Source: a virus (lineage: Duplodnaviria; Caudoviricetes). From it: DNA of 24,376 nucleotides. A model generated the notes under the pieces. It searched no databases, was not told the origin of the DNA, and saw nothing but the letters and a program-made list of their open reading frames with translations. The stretch spans positions 1 to 24,376 of IMG/VR virus record IMGVR_UViG_3300032216_001364. One strand, written 5' to 3'. The position numbers and the translations under genes were made by a program. How positions within the stretch are numbered: the stretch's first letter is position 1; every line of letters starts with the position of its first letter. Positions 9,001-17,475 of this stretch are shown here, in pieces.

Positions 9001-10628
9001 CTAGATTCTGTTATCAGTCTATATACACCTTCAACATCCAATCTAACACCAATTGGATAGATGGCTTCATCCTGCATTTGAAGATTTGTATATTTTCCAT
9101 TATAATCAATTGTAGGAACACCACTTTCAAATATAGGACTTACAAGAACATCAGGGAACTTATGATGTCTAATTGGTGTGTTTGCAAGGGCTCCCCATAC
9201 AGCTTCATTACAAGGATAGACATCTGTAGATTCCCAATATGCAAATTGTCCATATTGATATGGAGTGGCATTACCAATAGAATCTCCAGTTGCAGCTGCT
9301 GTTACAGAAGCTGTGTTATATATTTTCCAATAAGGAGCATTGTTTTCGTCTCCTATAAAATCATCATTTGTAAGTCTAGTTACAACAGTGAGGTCATTTG
9401 GTGTAGCTGTTCTTCCAGGAATATGAAAACCGTCTGTCTGTTTACCATTGTTCAATAAGAACACAATCTCAAAAGCATACACTTCATCTCTGAGATAGCC
9501 TCTTAAGTTTGTAGCATTTATTGGATCAGCATAGTTTTCGTCAGCTGGAAGCCTATATGTTTGCCACTGAAGAGCTATTTGATTTGCTATTTGCTGATAG
9601 TTAATCCTATCTATGGATGTAATGTTGTCCCAAACAAGAACATCCTGTACAGCTGTTAAATCTTGAGCTATTTCGTAATAAGGAAACTTCTCAAATATTT
9701 CAGCAATTGTAAGTTTTATTTGTGTTTGGTTCTGACCACTGTATGTTATCTGGTTAAAATTATCATCTATAAAATATGTACCTACAAGTTCTACAGATGT
9801 AATATCATTCACTGTTTTAATAACAGCAATATTATAATATTTAAAATATCCTGTAACATCTATATTTGTAATATTCACTACAATAGATCTTCCTACAGGA
9901 TAGTTAAAATCTGGTGTTGTAATTGTTGTAATAGCAATTGGTGTAGGATTTGTTACAGAATAATATGACGTGTAGGCATCACCTGCAGCATCACAATATT
10001 GTATAGCAAACTGATATGTACCAGCTATAAGATTACCACCATTAACAACATCTACAATAGTTAGCTCAGGAATTGTAAAATTAGGCTGCACCTTTAGTTT
10101 ATTGCAGTCTAATTCTTTAATTGTCTCATTGTTGCAGACATTTGTTCCAGGCTTTATTTTATATGGAAGATTGTTAAGATCCATAAATCTGCGTGGATTG
10201 AGTCCATCTGTCCAATAAATCTCTGTTGTACAATTTGTAATTTTATGTACAGCTTTATGAATTGGATAGTTTATATTAAAATTAAGACAGGTTCCACTAA
10301 TATAAGTGTGATAGACACAATCATTATTATCCATATATCCAATCTCACTGGCTCCTGTATTAGGATTAGTTATGAAGAATATATGTTTGTTTTGCTCATT
10401 AATAAAATGCTCTCCTATAAGATGATAATCTTCTGGAAAGTTTAGACATAGTTCATTCCCTGGCTCATTCTGATAGTTAACAGAGTTTGAGTCAAAGTTT
10501 TCTACAGCAGCATTAAGAGCATAGGTGAGCTGTCCTTGCTGAACTTGGTTCAATGTTTGATCCATGTTCAAGCCAGTTCTAGCTACATTACTCTCTTGCT
10601 TTATATTTGATTGTTGTTGATCAGCCAT
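6075..10628 (-). CDS. Muzzle / tail stabilisation protein (Tstab, P22 gp10-like beta-propeller), large N-terminal part
   Basis: ~1517 aa with motifs typical of crAss-like muzzle proteins: GLNMD...YALNA...NEPGNE, IYWTDGLNPRR, GTYQFAIQY, YLRDEVYAFEIVF, FGGDTFI and SWVSFHSYIP. It follows the ring/tail-tubular gene. Start set at ATG 10628 (TAATG overlap with the upstream stop) rather than 10649. Confidence 0.8.
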   Translation of the reverse strand: MADQQQSNIKQESNVARTGLNMDQTLNQVQQGQLTYALNAAVENFDSNSVNYQNEPGNELCLNFPEDYHLIGEHFINEQNKHIFFITNPNTGASEIGYMDNNDCVYHTYISGTCLNFNINYPIHKAVHKITNCTTEIYWTDGLNPRRFMDLNNLPYKIKPGTNVCNNETIKELDCNKLKVQPNFTIPELTIVDVVNGGNLIAGTYQFAIQYCDAAGDAYTSYYSVTNPTPIAITTITTPDFNYPVGRSIVVNITNIDVTGYFKYYNIAVIKTVNDITSVELVGTYFIDDNFNQITYSGQNQTQIKLTIAEIFEKFPYYEIAQDLTAVQDVLVWDNITSIDRINYQQIANQIALQWQTYRLPADENYADPINATNLRGYLRDEVYAFEIVFLLNNGKQTDGFHIPGRTATPNDLTVVTRLTNDDFIGDENNAPYWKIYNTASVTAAATGDSIGNATPYQYGQFAYWESTDVYPCNEAVWGALANTPIRHHKFPDVLVSPIFESGVPTIDYNGKYTNLQMQDEAIYPIGVRLDVEGVYRLITESSLTQDQKDSIVGFKIVRGNRSTNTSIVAKGILRNLGEYEREGTSYYFPNYPYNDLRVDPFLLTNNNAFDAVCRQYEIVVSAATTTLTYYSCDTGLPITETVTIGQRVNVCSTTFPTLTLPADGTISATNYSTWDLCTNAGAAGNRFSYFPPDKAEPQLIWVSGNLFEKHCIQVDSITKPVHVEGNNKYQINFIAEHIGNLNCTVSVDQLDAFNNTKSPYRFVFNSPETSFGKPFLGNILKLENAIYGAGSAHFSQVQKNAMYKLLSKEAQEDALKSSEKIAGITTPFSPTAMFTAYQAYLQIYINGITRRNYARSYNSIAKYNYWAPIANGLGIKQRDLQLYQYLIPGVQNVGDDLNINNFNRESSVYLKTIQTRDGSSVSSLPYPSETPSLLIGTIPAIEDMSRYTISDQSNCLQPQNEFEITTVTYYASLKNIASNQWGQMYSYETIDTGFQNLRVETSTIQTVFGGDTFINKFSFKTKLPFFIDNRVGAPDDSDVFYDEIGNVAYPKYWHSARSILFDYTTTVTSGSPALPTTMKNIISIKAHNFDCFNSQAEGSPGRTFYDGSFYLFAYGIPTFYCETAVNVDLRQAFNNREGDFFPHVSTGIPDQWFQESYVPIAFDNTYYYNTTFSKQNKENYFSHLPIDWNSNQCYTNFPFRAIYSDRQQSYTDNRINSWLIYRPISFFDFPQNYGKLTSLDGIQNRAVLARFENKSLLYNTLLTVETSNPQAAYLGNDSLFRSAPPIDFAETDLGYVGAQNKMLLKIPQGQITIDAKRGQVFLIAGNQAQDLSAFGSGLNRFFTDHLAFEILRYFPDVNTDNHFNGIGLHGVYDSKYDRVIISKLDYIPQNSSVLYDAALQQFYINRQLGETVLRQYVDLTDIEYFCNKSWTLSFNVNTKSWVSFHSYIPNWYIAENNFFYSGLNGGCDLEAIAAEEIAVLDCNFGGTAIPEPEATTTTTTTAYVLKCNFGGTAKPL
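6088..6182 (-). repeat. Two 20-nt direct repeats (6088-6107, 6163-6182; 1 mismatch) encoding CNFGGTA twice, separated by a Thr7 tract
   Basis: gctgttccaccaaagttaca vs gctgttcctccaaagttaca on the + strand. Confidence 0.9.
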
Positions 10629-11599
10629 TATTGTCCGTTTCTCCTCCAACCATATCTATTGGTTCTGTTTGGAAGTTCATACATATTAAACCTATTAAGA
10701 TCATTTTTAATCCTTCTTTGCTTAGTCCAAGGATCTTGTTTCTTAATTTCAATGTCAGCCATGATGAATGCTTCTTCTGACAATTGTTTATAATACATTA
10801 ACTTCTGTTGTATTTGTTGAAATGTCTCATCGTTAATTTGATTAGATAGAGTTTCAAACACCTTGTATTTAATGAATGCTTCTATATATTCTCTAATACG
10901 ATAGTTATCAGGAATCATTTGATTGCCCAATCCATCATATTCTGAAACATAGAATATAGCATTTACAACACCATTTCTAAAATTAGTGACAAACTTATTC
11001 CCTCTGATATCAAATGAATCATACCCAGCAGATCCAGGAGTGAACTCATTAATTGGAGGAGGTGTGTTTACAAATGTCCAAGCTTCTGTATAAGGTAGGT
11101 TACATTGTGCTCTTGCAGAAATGTTTCCTGGCTTTAATAAATATTGTCTTACAAAACTTCTTGCTGATTGACTGTTTGTTTTATATACAGCTTGAATCAG
11201 TTCAGGCATACATTCAGGACAACCTGTTGTACAATTAAGATTGGTACAGGGTTGACCACCAGATATAACAGGACTCACTTGAATAGTGGTGACATCAGCA
11301 GCTTGTGAATAGAATGAGTTAGCTGTCTGATAGGGATATTGAGGAATCTCTGTCATCATCCAAGCTTCTCTCATAGCAATAAAGTTATCTGGAAGCCTAG
11401 CTTCAAAGTCACATACATCTAGAATATCCTCAGATATGACATATGTAGCCCTTCCTAGTTTCCTAAGACACTTATCTAGATAGGTGGGAAACATAAGATC
11501 ATCTACTGCCCCTGTGTCAAAATAGGACTTAAGTTCCTCTTTAACAGTGGAGTAGACAACCTCAGGAGTTGTAAAATTGTATTTGTAATAGTATGACAT
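10628..11599 (-). CDS. Tail ring / tail tubular protein (crAss-like Ttub, ring-1-like)
   Basis: 323 aa immediately upstream of the muzzle. C-terminal GNKFVTNFRNG...YVSEYDGLGNQMIPDN...EYIEAFIKYK resembles crAss-like tail tubular/ring proteins. Internal Cys cluster PCTNLNCTTGCPEC. Confidence 0.65.
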   Translation of the reverse strand: MSYYYKYNFTTPEVVYSTVKEELKSYFDTGAVDDLMFPTYLDKCLRKLGRATYVISEDILDVCDFEARLPDNFIAMREAWMMTEIPQYPYQTANSFYSQAADVTTIQVSPVISGGQPCTNLNCTTGCPECMPELIQAVYKTNSQSARSFVRQYLLKPGNISARAQCNLPYTEAWTFVNTPPPINEFTPGSAGYDSFDIRGNKFVTNFRNGVVNAIFYVSEYDGLGNQMIPDNYRIREYIEAFIKYKVFETLSNQINDETFQQIQQKLMYYKQLSEEAFIMADIEIKKQDPWTKQRRIKNDLNRFNMYELPNRTNRYGWRRNGQ

Positions 11600-11602
11600 T
11601 CT

Positions 11603-12079
11603 TTATTTTTTATACTCACGATAGATGTGTTGATACTTATCGTCAGTTTTTAAGTAATGAGATAGAAGTCTAGAAGTGATGCGTGATGGTTTAAAATACC
11701 AAAGGTCTGAATTCTTTAGTCTGGCTGTTTCTTTAAACCATGTCCAACCAAAGAAATATCCCTCTGTGTGGTAGTTAAAGTTGTATATAATTTTTCCTTT
11801 CTCCTTTGTCTTTTTCCAGTCTACAGGAAGATTGATGAACTCTTTTCCATCTGTTCCTTTTATCTTCCTTCTCTTCTTTTTGTTAATTGAGAATTCACCA
11901 AACCCAGAAGGGAGCTTAGCTCTTTCTCCAGTTTCTAATATATAATTCTTAAAAGATTCGTTGAAGGAATAAACAATATTCTTCCACTCATCAAAAGAGA
12001 TTTTTATGGAAGGATTGTTTTTGCAAAAATTATTGTAGTTATCTCTACTTGAGCTTCTCCAGTCAACCTTTACTCTCAT
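11603..12079 (-). CDS. HU/IHF-like DNA-binding protein (conserved in the crAss-like tail block)
   Basis: HU/IHF signature FNESFKNYILETGERAKLPSGFGEFSINKKK followed by PVDWKKT. The protein is basic, and its position between ring genes matches crAss-like phages. Confidence 0.7.
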   Translation of the reverse strand: MRVKVDWRSSSRDNYNNFCKNNPSIKISFDEWKNIVYSFNESFKNYILETGERAKLPSGFGEFSINKKKRRKIKGTDGKEFINLPVDWKKTKEKGKIIYNFNYHTEGYFFGWTWFKETARLKNSDLWYFKPSRITSRLLSHYLKTDDKYQHIYREYKK

Positions 12080-12807
12080 TAATTTGTTGGTTTACTATTT
12101 GGTGCTTGACCATCTACACCATCTTCTGTTTGATCTGTTTTAAGTGCAAAATAAGTTTGTAGTAGTTTCTGTGATGTTAACTCAAGAACTTGTTTCTCTA
12201 AATACCCAGGACAGAATGATTCCTTATCTAAAGGATTTAAACAAAAGTCTTCATTAGAAACCTCAAGCCCACAACTACATGATTCTGGATAGAGGATTTC
12301 ATTAGGAACATCTTCTTCAAATAAAGCAACAAGCCTAATAGCTTGAAGAAGTGGATTGTTTACATATAGATAACCATTAGTTATCCAATAGTATTGTTGT
12401 TGTTTAACAATAGGAAGTTTGATTAAGTTTACATATCTATTGATGGTTATTTCCTTAATCTTTATTCCTCTGCCACTCATAGCGTTTATAGAATAAACAC
12501 CCTGAATAATATATTGATAGTTACCTTCTGCTATGCGTGGGAGCTTCACTGTTGTTCTTGCCACTGTGCAAGGATCTGCAAAATCACAACATTCTGAAAT
12601 AGGCACTTCCACTAATTCCAAACAAGGAAGAGTGGTGAATACAGTGTCTGTAGCCCATAGTTTTCTAAGATTTGTTTCCCTTTTGATAAGTAATAAGGCA
12701 TTGTTCTTAATCTCAGATGCAATAGCCCTATCAGTGATAAGACTGTCTGTAGAGAGCAGCTTATGCATTGAGCGTACATCTGAAACTAATTTTCTAAGTG
12801 TTGACAT
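12079..12807 (-). CDS. Tail ring protein (ring-2-like)
   Basis: 242 aa with ITDRAI, LPCLELVEV...CC, YYWITNGYLY and ALFEED motifs. Size and position fit a ring protein. TAATG coupling on both sides. Confidence 0.6.
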   Translation of the reverse strand: MSTLRKLVSDVRSMHKLLSTDSLITDRAIASEIKNNALLLIKRETNLRKLWATDTVFTTLPCLELVEVPISECCDFADPCTVARTTVKLPRIAEGNYQYIIQGVYSINAMSGRGIKIKEITINRYVNLIKLPIVKQQQYYWITNGYLYVNNPLLQAIRLVALFEEDVPNEILYPESCSCGLEVSNEDFCLNPLDKESFCPGYLEKQVLELTSQKLLQTYFALKTDQTEDGVDGQAPNSKPTN

Positions 12808-14060
12808 TATAAATATTGTTTGAATATGTTTGTCATTCCATCTGAATGATCAATTAAGAATGCTGTCACCTCACCTCTTGAGCATGTGTATCCATTCTTC
12901 TCATCCCATCCACTTTTAGCATTTGAGAATGCTGGTATTTGATAGAACTTAATTCCGTTAAAATCAAGACTCACCTCATGATGTTTATCCCCTGTGAAGA
13001 TGTAATACACTTCATGATTTGACCATGCATCTTTATATTCCATAGGAAATATAGATGCTAGTTTTGCTGGTTTAATTGCATCACCATGATTGAACATCAT
13101 AGCACTCACACCGTAGCTAACATACTTTCTATACTTAGGAGAGCAATCAAATTTTAGTCTGTCTGTATTTCTAAAATAAGTTTTTAACCAACTAATCATA
13201 TGCCATCCTACAAACTCATCATGATTACCTGCTACATAAATAACATCCACACTCTCAGAATATTGAAGTAGAAGAGAAATCATTAACACCTCATGATTGC
13301 AGATAGCTTGAAATGAATCATGATAACCAGTGATGTTTTGTTGAGGAGTGCCCTTAGTTGTCATTCCAGTGAACTCACTATTGAATTCATCTGATCCAAC
13401 TATATATATTATCTTGTCTAGGTTGTTTGATAGAAATGCTTGATTTAAAATAGTTTCCACTCTATAAGCCATTCTAGCAAATCTTTCATCAAGACTATTA
13501 TCTCCATCTACATCAAGCTTATTGTAATGAGCATCTTGTTTGTTAATTACAAGAGCTGCACTAGACTTCTTTGGATTTATCTTTGGAGACATAATGTCTC
13601 CAGATATAGGAGAATAACTACTTAGGAATTCTATAAAAGAATCTTGGAAAAGTTGTTCATTTGTCTTTTTACTAAGCCAAGCTTTAACTTGCCAATGAGG
13701 TTGTTCAGAGTTTCCCCAATAGTTCTGTACATATTTAGCTATATCCCATTTAGTTGTGTCAATCTTACACTTCTCAATAAGATCATCTAATGATTTGATT
13801 TCCTCAGGAGAATTGAGAATAATCTCTCCTGTACCTCTAACAAGATCTTCTTCAAACTTAATGATTGTATCTTCTAAAGCTTGAATATATCCAGAGACTT
13901 CTGCCTCTTCTCTTATATTCTCACTATTCTTTCTCAGCTCTTTCAGTAGTTCATCCACCTCTCCTTCTGTAATTCCTAGTTTATCTGCGTAGAATTTCTT
14001 GCTTTTCTTCCAATTCAGCATTTGTTGAAGCTGGTCTAAGAGGTGTTGATTACCTACCAT
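12807..14060 (-). CDS. Calcineurin-like metallophosphoesterase with N-terminal HTH-like segment
   Basis: Metallophosphoesterase motifs in order: QDAH (DxH), GSDEFN, GNHD, HGD, GDKHH. N-terminal KKFYADKLGITEGEVDELLKEL is HTH-like. Confidence 0.8.
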   Translation of the reverse strand: MVGNQHLLDQLQQMLNWKKSKKFYADKLGITEGEVDELLKELRKNSENIREEAEVSGYIQALEDTIIKFEEDLVRGTGEIILNSPEEIKSLDDLIEKCKIDTTKWDIAKYVQNYWGNSEQPHWQVKAWLSKKTNEQLFQDSFIEFLSSYSPISGDIMSPKINPKKSSAALVINKQDAHYNKLDVDGDNSLDERFARMAYRVETILNQAFLSNNLDKIIYIVGSDEFNSEFTGMTTKGTPQQNITGYHDSFQAICNHEVLMISLLLQYSESVDVIYVAGNHDEFVGWHMISWLKTYFRNTDRLKFDCSPKYRKYVSYGVSAMMFNHGDAIKPAKLASIFPMEYKDAWSNHEVYYIFTGDKHHEVSLDFNGIKFYQIPAFSNAKSGWDEKNGYTCSRGEVTAFLIDHSDGMTNIFKQYL

Positions 14061-14087
14061 ATGGGTTTTATTTGGTTAAAATTAGCG

Positions 14088-14120
14088 TAAAGATACGAAT
14101 GTTTTTTGAAATTTTCCAAA
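14088..14120 (-). promoter_or_regulatory. Bacteroidota sigma-A-type promoter upstream of the metallophosphoesterase
   Basis: Minus strand reads TTTG (14120-14117), N21, TATCTTTA (14095-14088). The Bacteroidota consensus is TTTG-N19-21-TAnnTTTG, so only the last base deviates. Confidence 0.65.
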
Positions 14121-14171
14121 TTTATTTAATTAATTAGATTATCCATAATAATCAAACTGGTTATAGTTTAA

Positions 14172-14230
14172 ACAAAAACTCCCAGACCTGAGCCTGGGAG
14201 AAACCCTACAAAACCAACAAAGTAGGGTTT
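14172..14230 (-). terminator. Tandem hairpins with intrinsic terminator after the LRR fibre gene
   Basis: Minus strand: AAACCCTAC-12nt-GTAGGGTTT (14230-14201), immediately followed by CTCCCAG-8nt-CTGGGAG (14200-14179) and TTTTTGTTT. Confidence 0.75.
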
Positions 14231-14237
14231 TGATATT

Positions 14238-15260
14238 TTACACTACAACTAGTGTCACAGTGTTGTTTGCCTGCAGATATGCAACATCACCATCGCTATT
14301 ATCATTTAAAAATTCTGATATTGTTAATGTAATATTATTACCTGTAATATCTAAAAACACTTCATTATCTGCTACGCTTGGACCTAATTGTATACATTTA
14401 GGAATATAAAAACTAGTTGCAGCATAGCAGCGTATAAAACATTGTTCTTGTATTATTCTAATTTCAGGAAAATTAAATGATTGAAGTAACTCACATTCTC
14501 CAAACATTCTATATCCAGCATATGTAAGTTTTGGTATATTTAAATATGTTAATAAATTATTAGTATAAAATACATAGTCTGATCCAGATGTACAAGCAGG
14601 CAGACTTACATATGTTTTTTCACCATATTCTAAACAACTATCAGTTAATGCTACAATACATCCAGCTTGATCATCTATTTCTAAAATAACATCTACATCA
14701 CCAAATATGTCATACCAAAGAGTGATATTAGATGCTCCGTATAGAAATGCTTCATTTCCCACTATTGTTACAGATGTAAATGGTGCTCCATATGCTGGAA
14801 GATTGAATGCATCATTCCAGTCATTTACATTTTCTGGGTCAGCTATATAACTACCATTTATATTTGAATATAATAATCTTAAAGGGAGAGGAGCTGCTGT
14901 TGTTGTAGAAGTGGTAGTAGAAGTGCTCGTAGATGTAGAAGTGCTAGTAGTTGTTGTAGTTGTAATGTTACAATTTCCTACTAAATTACAAAAGATGACA
15001 GCAAGTGCTGGATTTACAGATATTATATTAATAAAATTCTGCACTATAGTTGTTGGATCTAGTGCATCATCTATCTTATGAAAAGCTACGCTCACATTAT
15101 CCTTATTCTCAATTCCTGTATTTGGAAGGTTAGGTCCATCATATAATGTCTTGCTAGTTGGGCAGCAACCATTAGGTATGTCTGCACAATTAGCTGGATA
15201 GGCAGCATATATCATAGGAAGAGGAGAAGGATTACAAGGAGAGCCTGGAGAACAACCCAT
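14238..15260 (-). CDS. Putative tail fibre/receptor-binding protein with BspA-like leucine-rich repeats and a Thr/Ser linker
   Basis: C-terminal BspA/TpLRR-like repeats (YVSLPACTSGSDYVF / YLNIPKLTYAGYRMF / SFNFPEIRIIQEQCF / SFYIPKCIQLG). Cys-rich N-terminus shares a YxGx6GIExxD motif with 15271..16437. Contains a T/S tract. Confidence 0.65.
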   Translation of the reverse strand: MGCSPGSPCNPSPLPMIYAAYPANCADIPNGCCPTSKTLYDGPNLPNTGIENKDNVSVAFHKIDDALDPTTIVQNFINIISVNPALAVIFCNLVGNCNITTTTTTSTSTSTSTSTTTSTTTAAPLPLRLLYSNINGSYIADPENVNDWNDAFNLPAYGAPFTSVTIVGNEAFLYGASNITLWYDIFGDVDVILEIDDQAGCIVALTDSCLEYGEKTYVSLPACTSGSDYVFYTNNLLTYLNIPKLTYAGYRMFGECELLQSFNFPEIRIIQEQCFIRCYAATSFYIPKCIQLGPSVADNEVFLDITGNNITLTISEFLNDNSDGDVAYLQANNTVTLVVV

Positions 15261-15270
15261 TTATATTAGT

Positions 15271-16437
15271 TTAAGGAATGTACATAATGTAATAACAAGC
15301 AAGAGCTGGCTGATTGTTAGCATGAGATCCATCACCACCAGTGTTGTTTAACACTGTAACTCCTATAGTGAGACCAAGAGATGTATTTGTACTTGTCTTA
15401 CCTATTGTAGCAACGGTAGTATCAGCATTATGTAACGTGTAACTATATTCATCACCATTGTCATGTTCTTTTGCTATAGGATGTGTAGAATCTAATTCAA
15501 CACTACTAGCACCACCACCTGATGCAGTGAAGTGAGTGTGACCAGTGTCTGATGCAGTTCCTGTTGCTGGGTGTGTGTGAGAAGGAATTTGTGTAGAGGT
15601 GAGTGTTATTACATTAGCTCCAGCTTTAGTTCCTATTGAATATGTAGGATTACCAGGAATTGTAGGATCTACAGCAGAATCAAATGCTCCACCACCTACA
15701 CCGTTTGTAACACCTACAGCCACTCTACCACGTTTGTCAGGAGTTCCATTTAAACCATTACATAGATAGACCTTTTCCCATGCTCCAAATCCTACACCTG
15801 CTCCATTAAATCCATCAGAAGTTGTAGGATAGTTTGCTAATGGTCCATAGTATTCCACCACAGTGTAAGGGACCATTCTTAAATATTGTTTTGTTCCTGC
15901 TCCTATACCACCTAAATAAGCAGCAATAAGTGAGTTGAGATCTGCAAGTTTAACATAGTTTGTATCTACATCAACAGCAAGTGCTGTTAAGTCTACACCT
16001 AGTTGACAAAGCTTTGTAATTACTGCCTGAACAATAGCATGTGTTCCTGAAGAAGATGTTACGCCTGTAAGACATCCTATTGAATAATTTGCTTCTATTG
16101 TAGCAATATCTGCAGCAACAGCATCCACTTGTCCTTGTAAATCACAAGCAGCTTTAACAAGAGCTTCAAAAAGCTCTACAGCTGTAGGAGGTTGACATGA
16201 CGGTTTACATGATGGAAGATATTTTGTAACAAGATTACAATAAGCAGAAAAATTAATAGTGATGTCTATTCCTGTTCCATTAAGAAAAGAAACTACATTA
16301 TTTATTAAAGCTTCTTCTACAGAGAGGAGTGTATCTCCTGTTTCTATTCCTAGAGCTTCTGAAGGGAGTCCTGTATATCTAACACATTTGTCTGAGACAA
16401 TCTCAGCACATCCATTAAAACAATTTGAGCAAGACAT
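15271..16437 (-). CDS. Tail fibre protein with phage tail-collar-like domain
   Basis: VYLCNGLNGTPDKRGRVAVG...G.N.ITLTSTQIPSHTH...GHTH...SHANNQPALACYYIM is the tail-collar (short tail fibre/MdpB-like) signature. Coiled-coil middle and Cys-rich N-terminus. Confidence 0.75.
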   Translation of the reverse strand: MSCSNCFNGCAEIVSDKCVRYTGLPSEALGIETGDTLLSVEEALINNVVSFLNGTGIDITINFSAYCNLVTKYLPSCKPSCQPPTAVELFEALVKAACDLQGQVDAVAADIATIEANYSIGCLTGVTSSSGTHAIVQAVITKLCQLGVDLTALAVDVDTNYVKLADLNSLIAAYLGGIGAGTKQYLRMVPYTVVEYYGPLANYPTTSDGFNGAGVGFGAWEKVYLCNGLNGTPDKRGRVAVGVTNGVGGGAFDSAVDPTIPGNPTYSIGTKAGANVITLTSTQIPSHTHPATGTASDTGHTHFTASGGGASSVELDSTHPIAKEHDNGDEYSYTLHNADTTVATIGKTSTNTSLGLTIGVTVLNNTGGDGSHANNQPALACYYIMYIP

Positions 16438-16446
16438 ATTTATGAT

Positions 16447-16716
16447 TTATTTATTAATTAACACTTTAACTCTACTGGCTATTTGGCTCAATGAAACACC
16501 ACAAGAAGCATAATCTATATTACAATATTTATACCTAAGTATTCTTTTGTAATTAAGAAGGTCATCAATTAGTAGTCCAGGAGCAGGTAAGTTTAAAGAG
16601 AACACAATATTATTGTATTCATTATTAGCTAGTTCTGTTAGCTTACAATCAATGTCAGCTATCAAAACTGGTATGGTTGTACATTCAATACAATCTGTAA
16701 GCCTTGGATATAACAT
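16447..16716 (-). CDS. Small Cys-containing tail-block protein (possible hub/fibre-associated)
   Basis: 89-aa ORF in operon orientation, ending 9 nt before the next gene. CxxC near the N-terminus. Confidence 0.55.
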   Translation of the reverse strand: MLYPRLTDCIECTTIPVLIADIDCKLTELANNEYNNIVFSLNLPAPGLLIDDLLNYKRILRYKYCNIDYASCGVSLSQIASRVKVLINK

Positions 16717-16828
16717 CTTTTATTCGTTTTGTTACTTGTTTGAGCTTTTCATTGCAAGCTGCACAGAGTCCATTTATAAGTTGACATCCGCAGCCCACTT
16801 TCATTCCGCAATCTCTACAGTTTGCCAT
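16685..16828 (-). CDS. 47-aa Cys-rich (Zn-finger-like) small protein, absent from the ORF track
   Basis: Manual translation: MANCRDCGMKVGCGCQLINGLCAACNEKLKQVTKRIKDVISKAYRLY*. The ATG lies 1 nt after the upstream TAA and the ORF fills the otherwise empty gap. Pattern CxxC-x5-CxC-x6-CxxC. Confidence 0.75.
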   Translation of the reverse strand: MANCRDCGMKVGCGCQLINGLCAACNEKLKQVTKRIKDVISKAYRLY

Positions 16829-16829
16829 A

Positions 16830-17384
16830 TTAATAAGGGTTGGTTAAATAGTTATTGCCATAACAATTACAATTATTTCTAATAAAATTGTTAAGCATTC
16901 TGTTTGCCTGATTGTACAGCTTGTTTGCTGTATCTATAGAACAATTGTTTGCAGCAGCTAATGATCCTTGTATTAGATAGTAGATGCTGTTCAAAGTGAC
17001 CTTCTGTTGTTTTTTAACAGCCCAATCACATTCCATTAGATCAAGTTTCATAAACGCACTATCAAACTTCTCTTGAATTTGATCAATACGCATTATAGTT
17101 TTATTTACATAGTTCTCATACGCAGGAGCAATAGAATATGTAAAATAGTAAATTCCATCAGGAAGAGGTAGGAGACTAGCACCTACATCTGTTATTCCTA
17201 AAGATGTAGAATTGTATATGTTGAAATCGTTTATATTAAAAGGAAGGCTAACAACCCCAAATCCAGGAACAGTGATTTGCATTGTAGGAGATGTGGGAGG
17301 AGTATCATATGTGGAATTATCAGCAATACCTAATGTCTGTACATTGTATGTAGGAATCACCAAAAAATCTAATGTTGTTGCCAT
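16830..17384 (-). CDS. Putative tail hub-type structural protein
   Basis: 184 aa with a beta-rich N-half (LPDGIYYFTYS) and a helical Cys-containing C-half. Position after the auxiliary capsid gene matches crAss-like gene order. Confidence 0.5.
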   Translation of the reverse strand: MATTLDFLVIPTYNVQTLGIADNSTYDTPPTSPTMQITVPGFGVVSLPFNINDFNIYNSTSLGITDVGASLLPLPDGIYYFTYSIAPAYENYVNKTIMRIDQIQEKFDSAFMKLDLMECDWAVKKQQKVTLNSIYYLIQGSLAAANNCSIDTANKLYNQANRMLNNFIRNNCNCYGNNYLTNPY

Positions 17385-17392
17385 GTTGTTGT

Positions 17393-17441
17393 AAAAAAAT
17401 AAGCCAGAGGATTTGAGAAGATCCTCTCACCCTCTGGCTTA
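17393..17441 (-). terminator. Intrinsic terminator after the auxiliary capsid gene
   Basis: Minus strand: TAAGCCAGAGG ... CCTCTGGCTTA forms an 11-bp stem with a nested TGAGAG/TTCTCA stem in the loop, followed by TTTTTTT. Confidence 0.8.
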
Positions 17442-17475
17442 GGTTATTTGATATTGTTTCGTCTACCTTTCCTTA

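Noticed and set aside
14238-16437. Diversity-generating retroelement target in the fibre genes
   Set aside because: No reverse transcriptase and no adenine-mismatched TR/VR repeat pair was noticed in this window.
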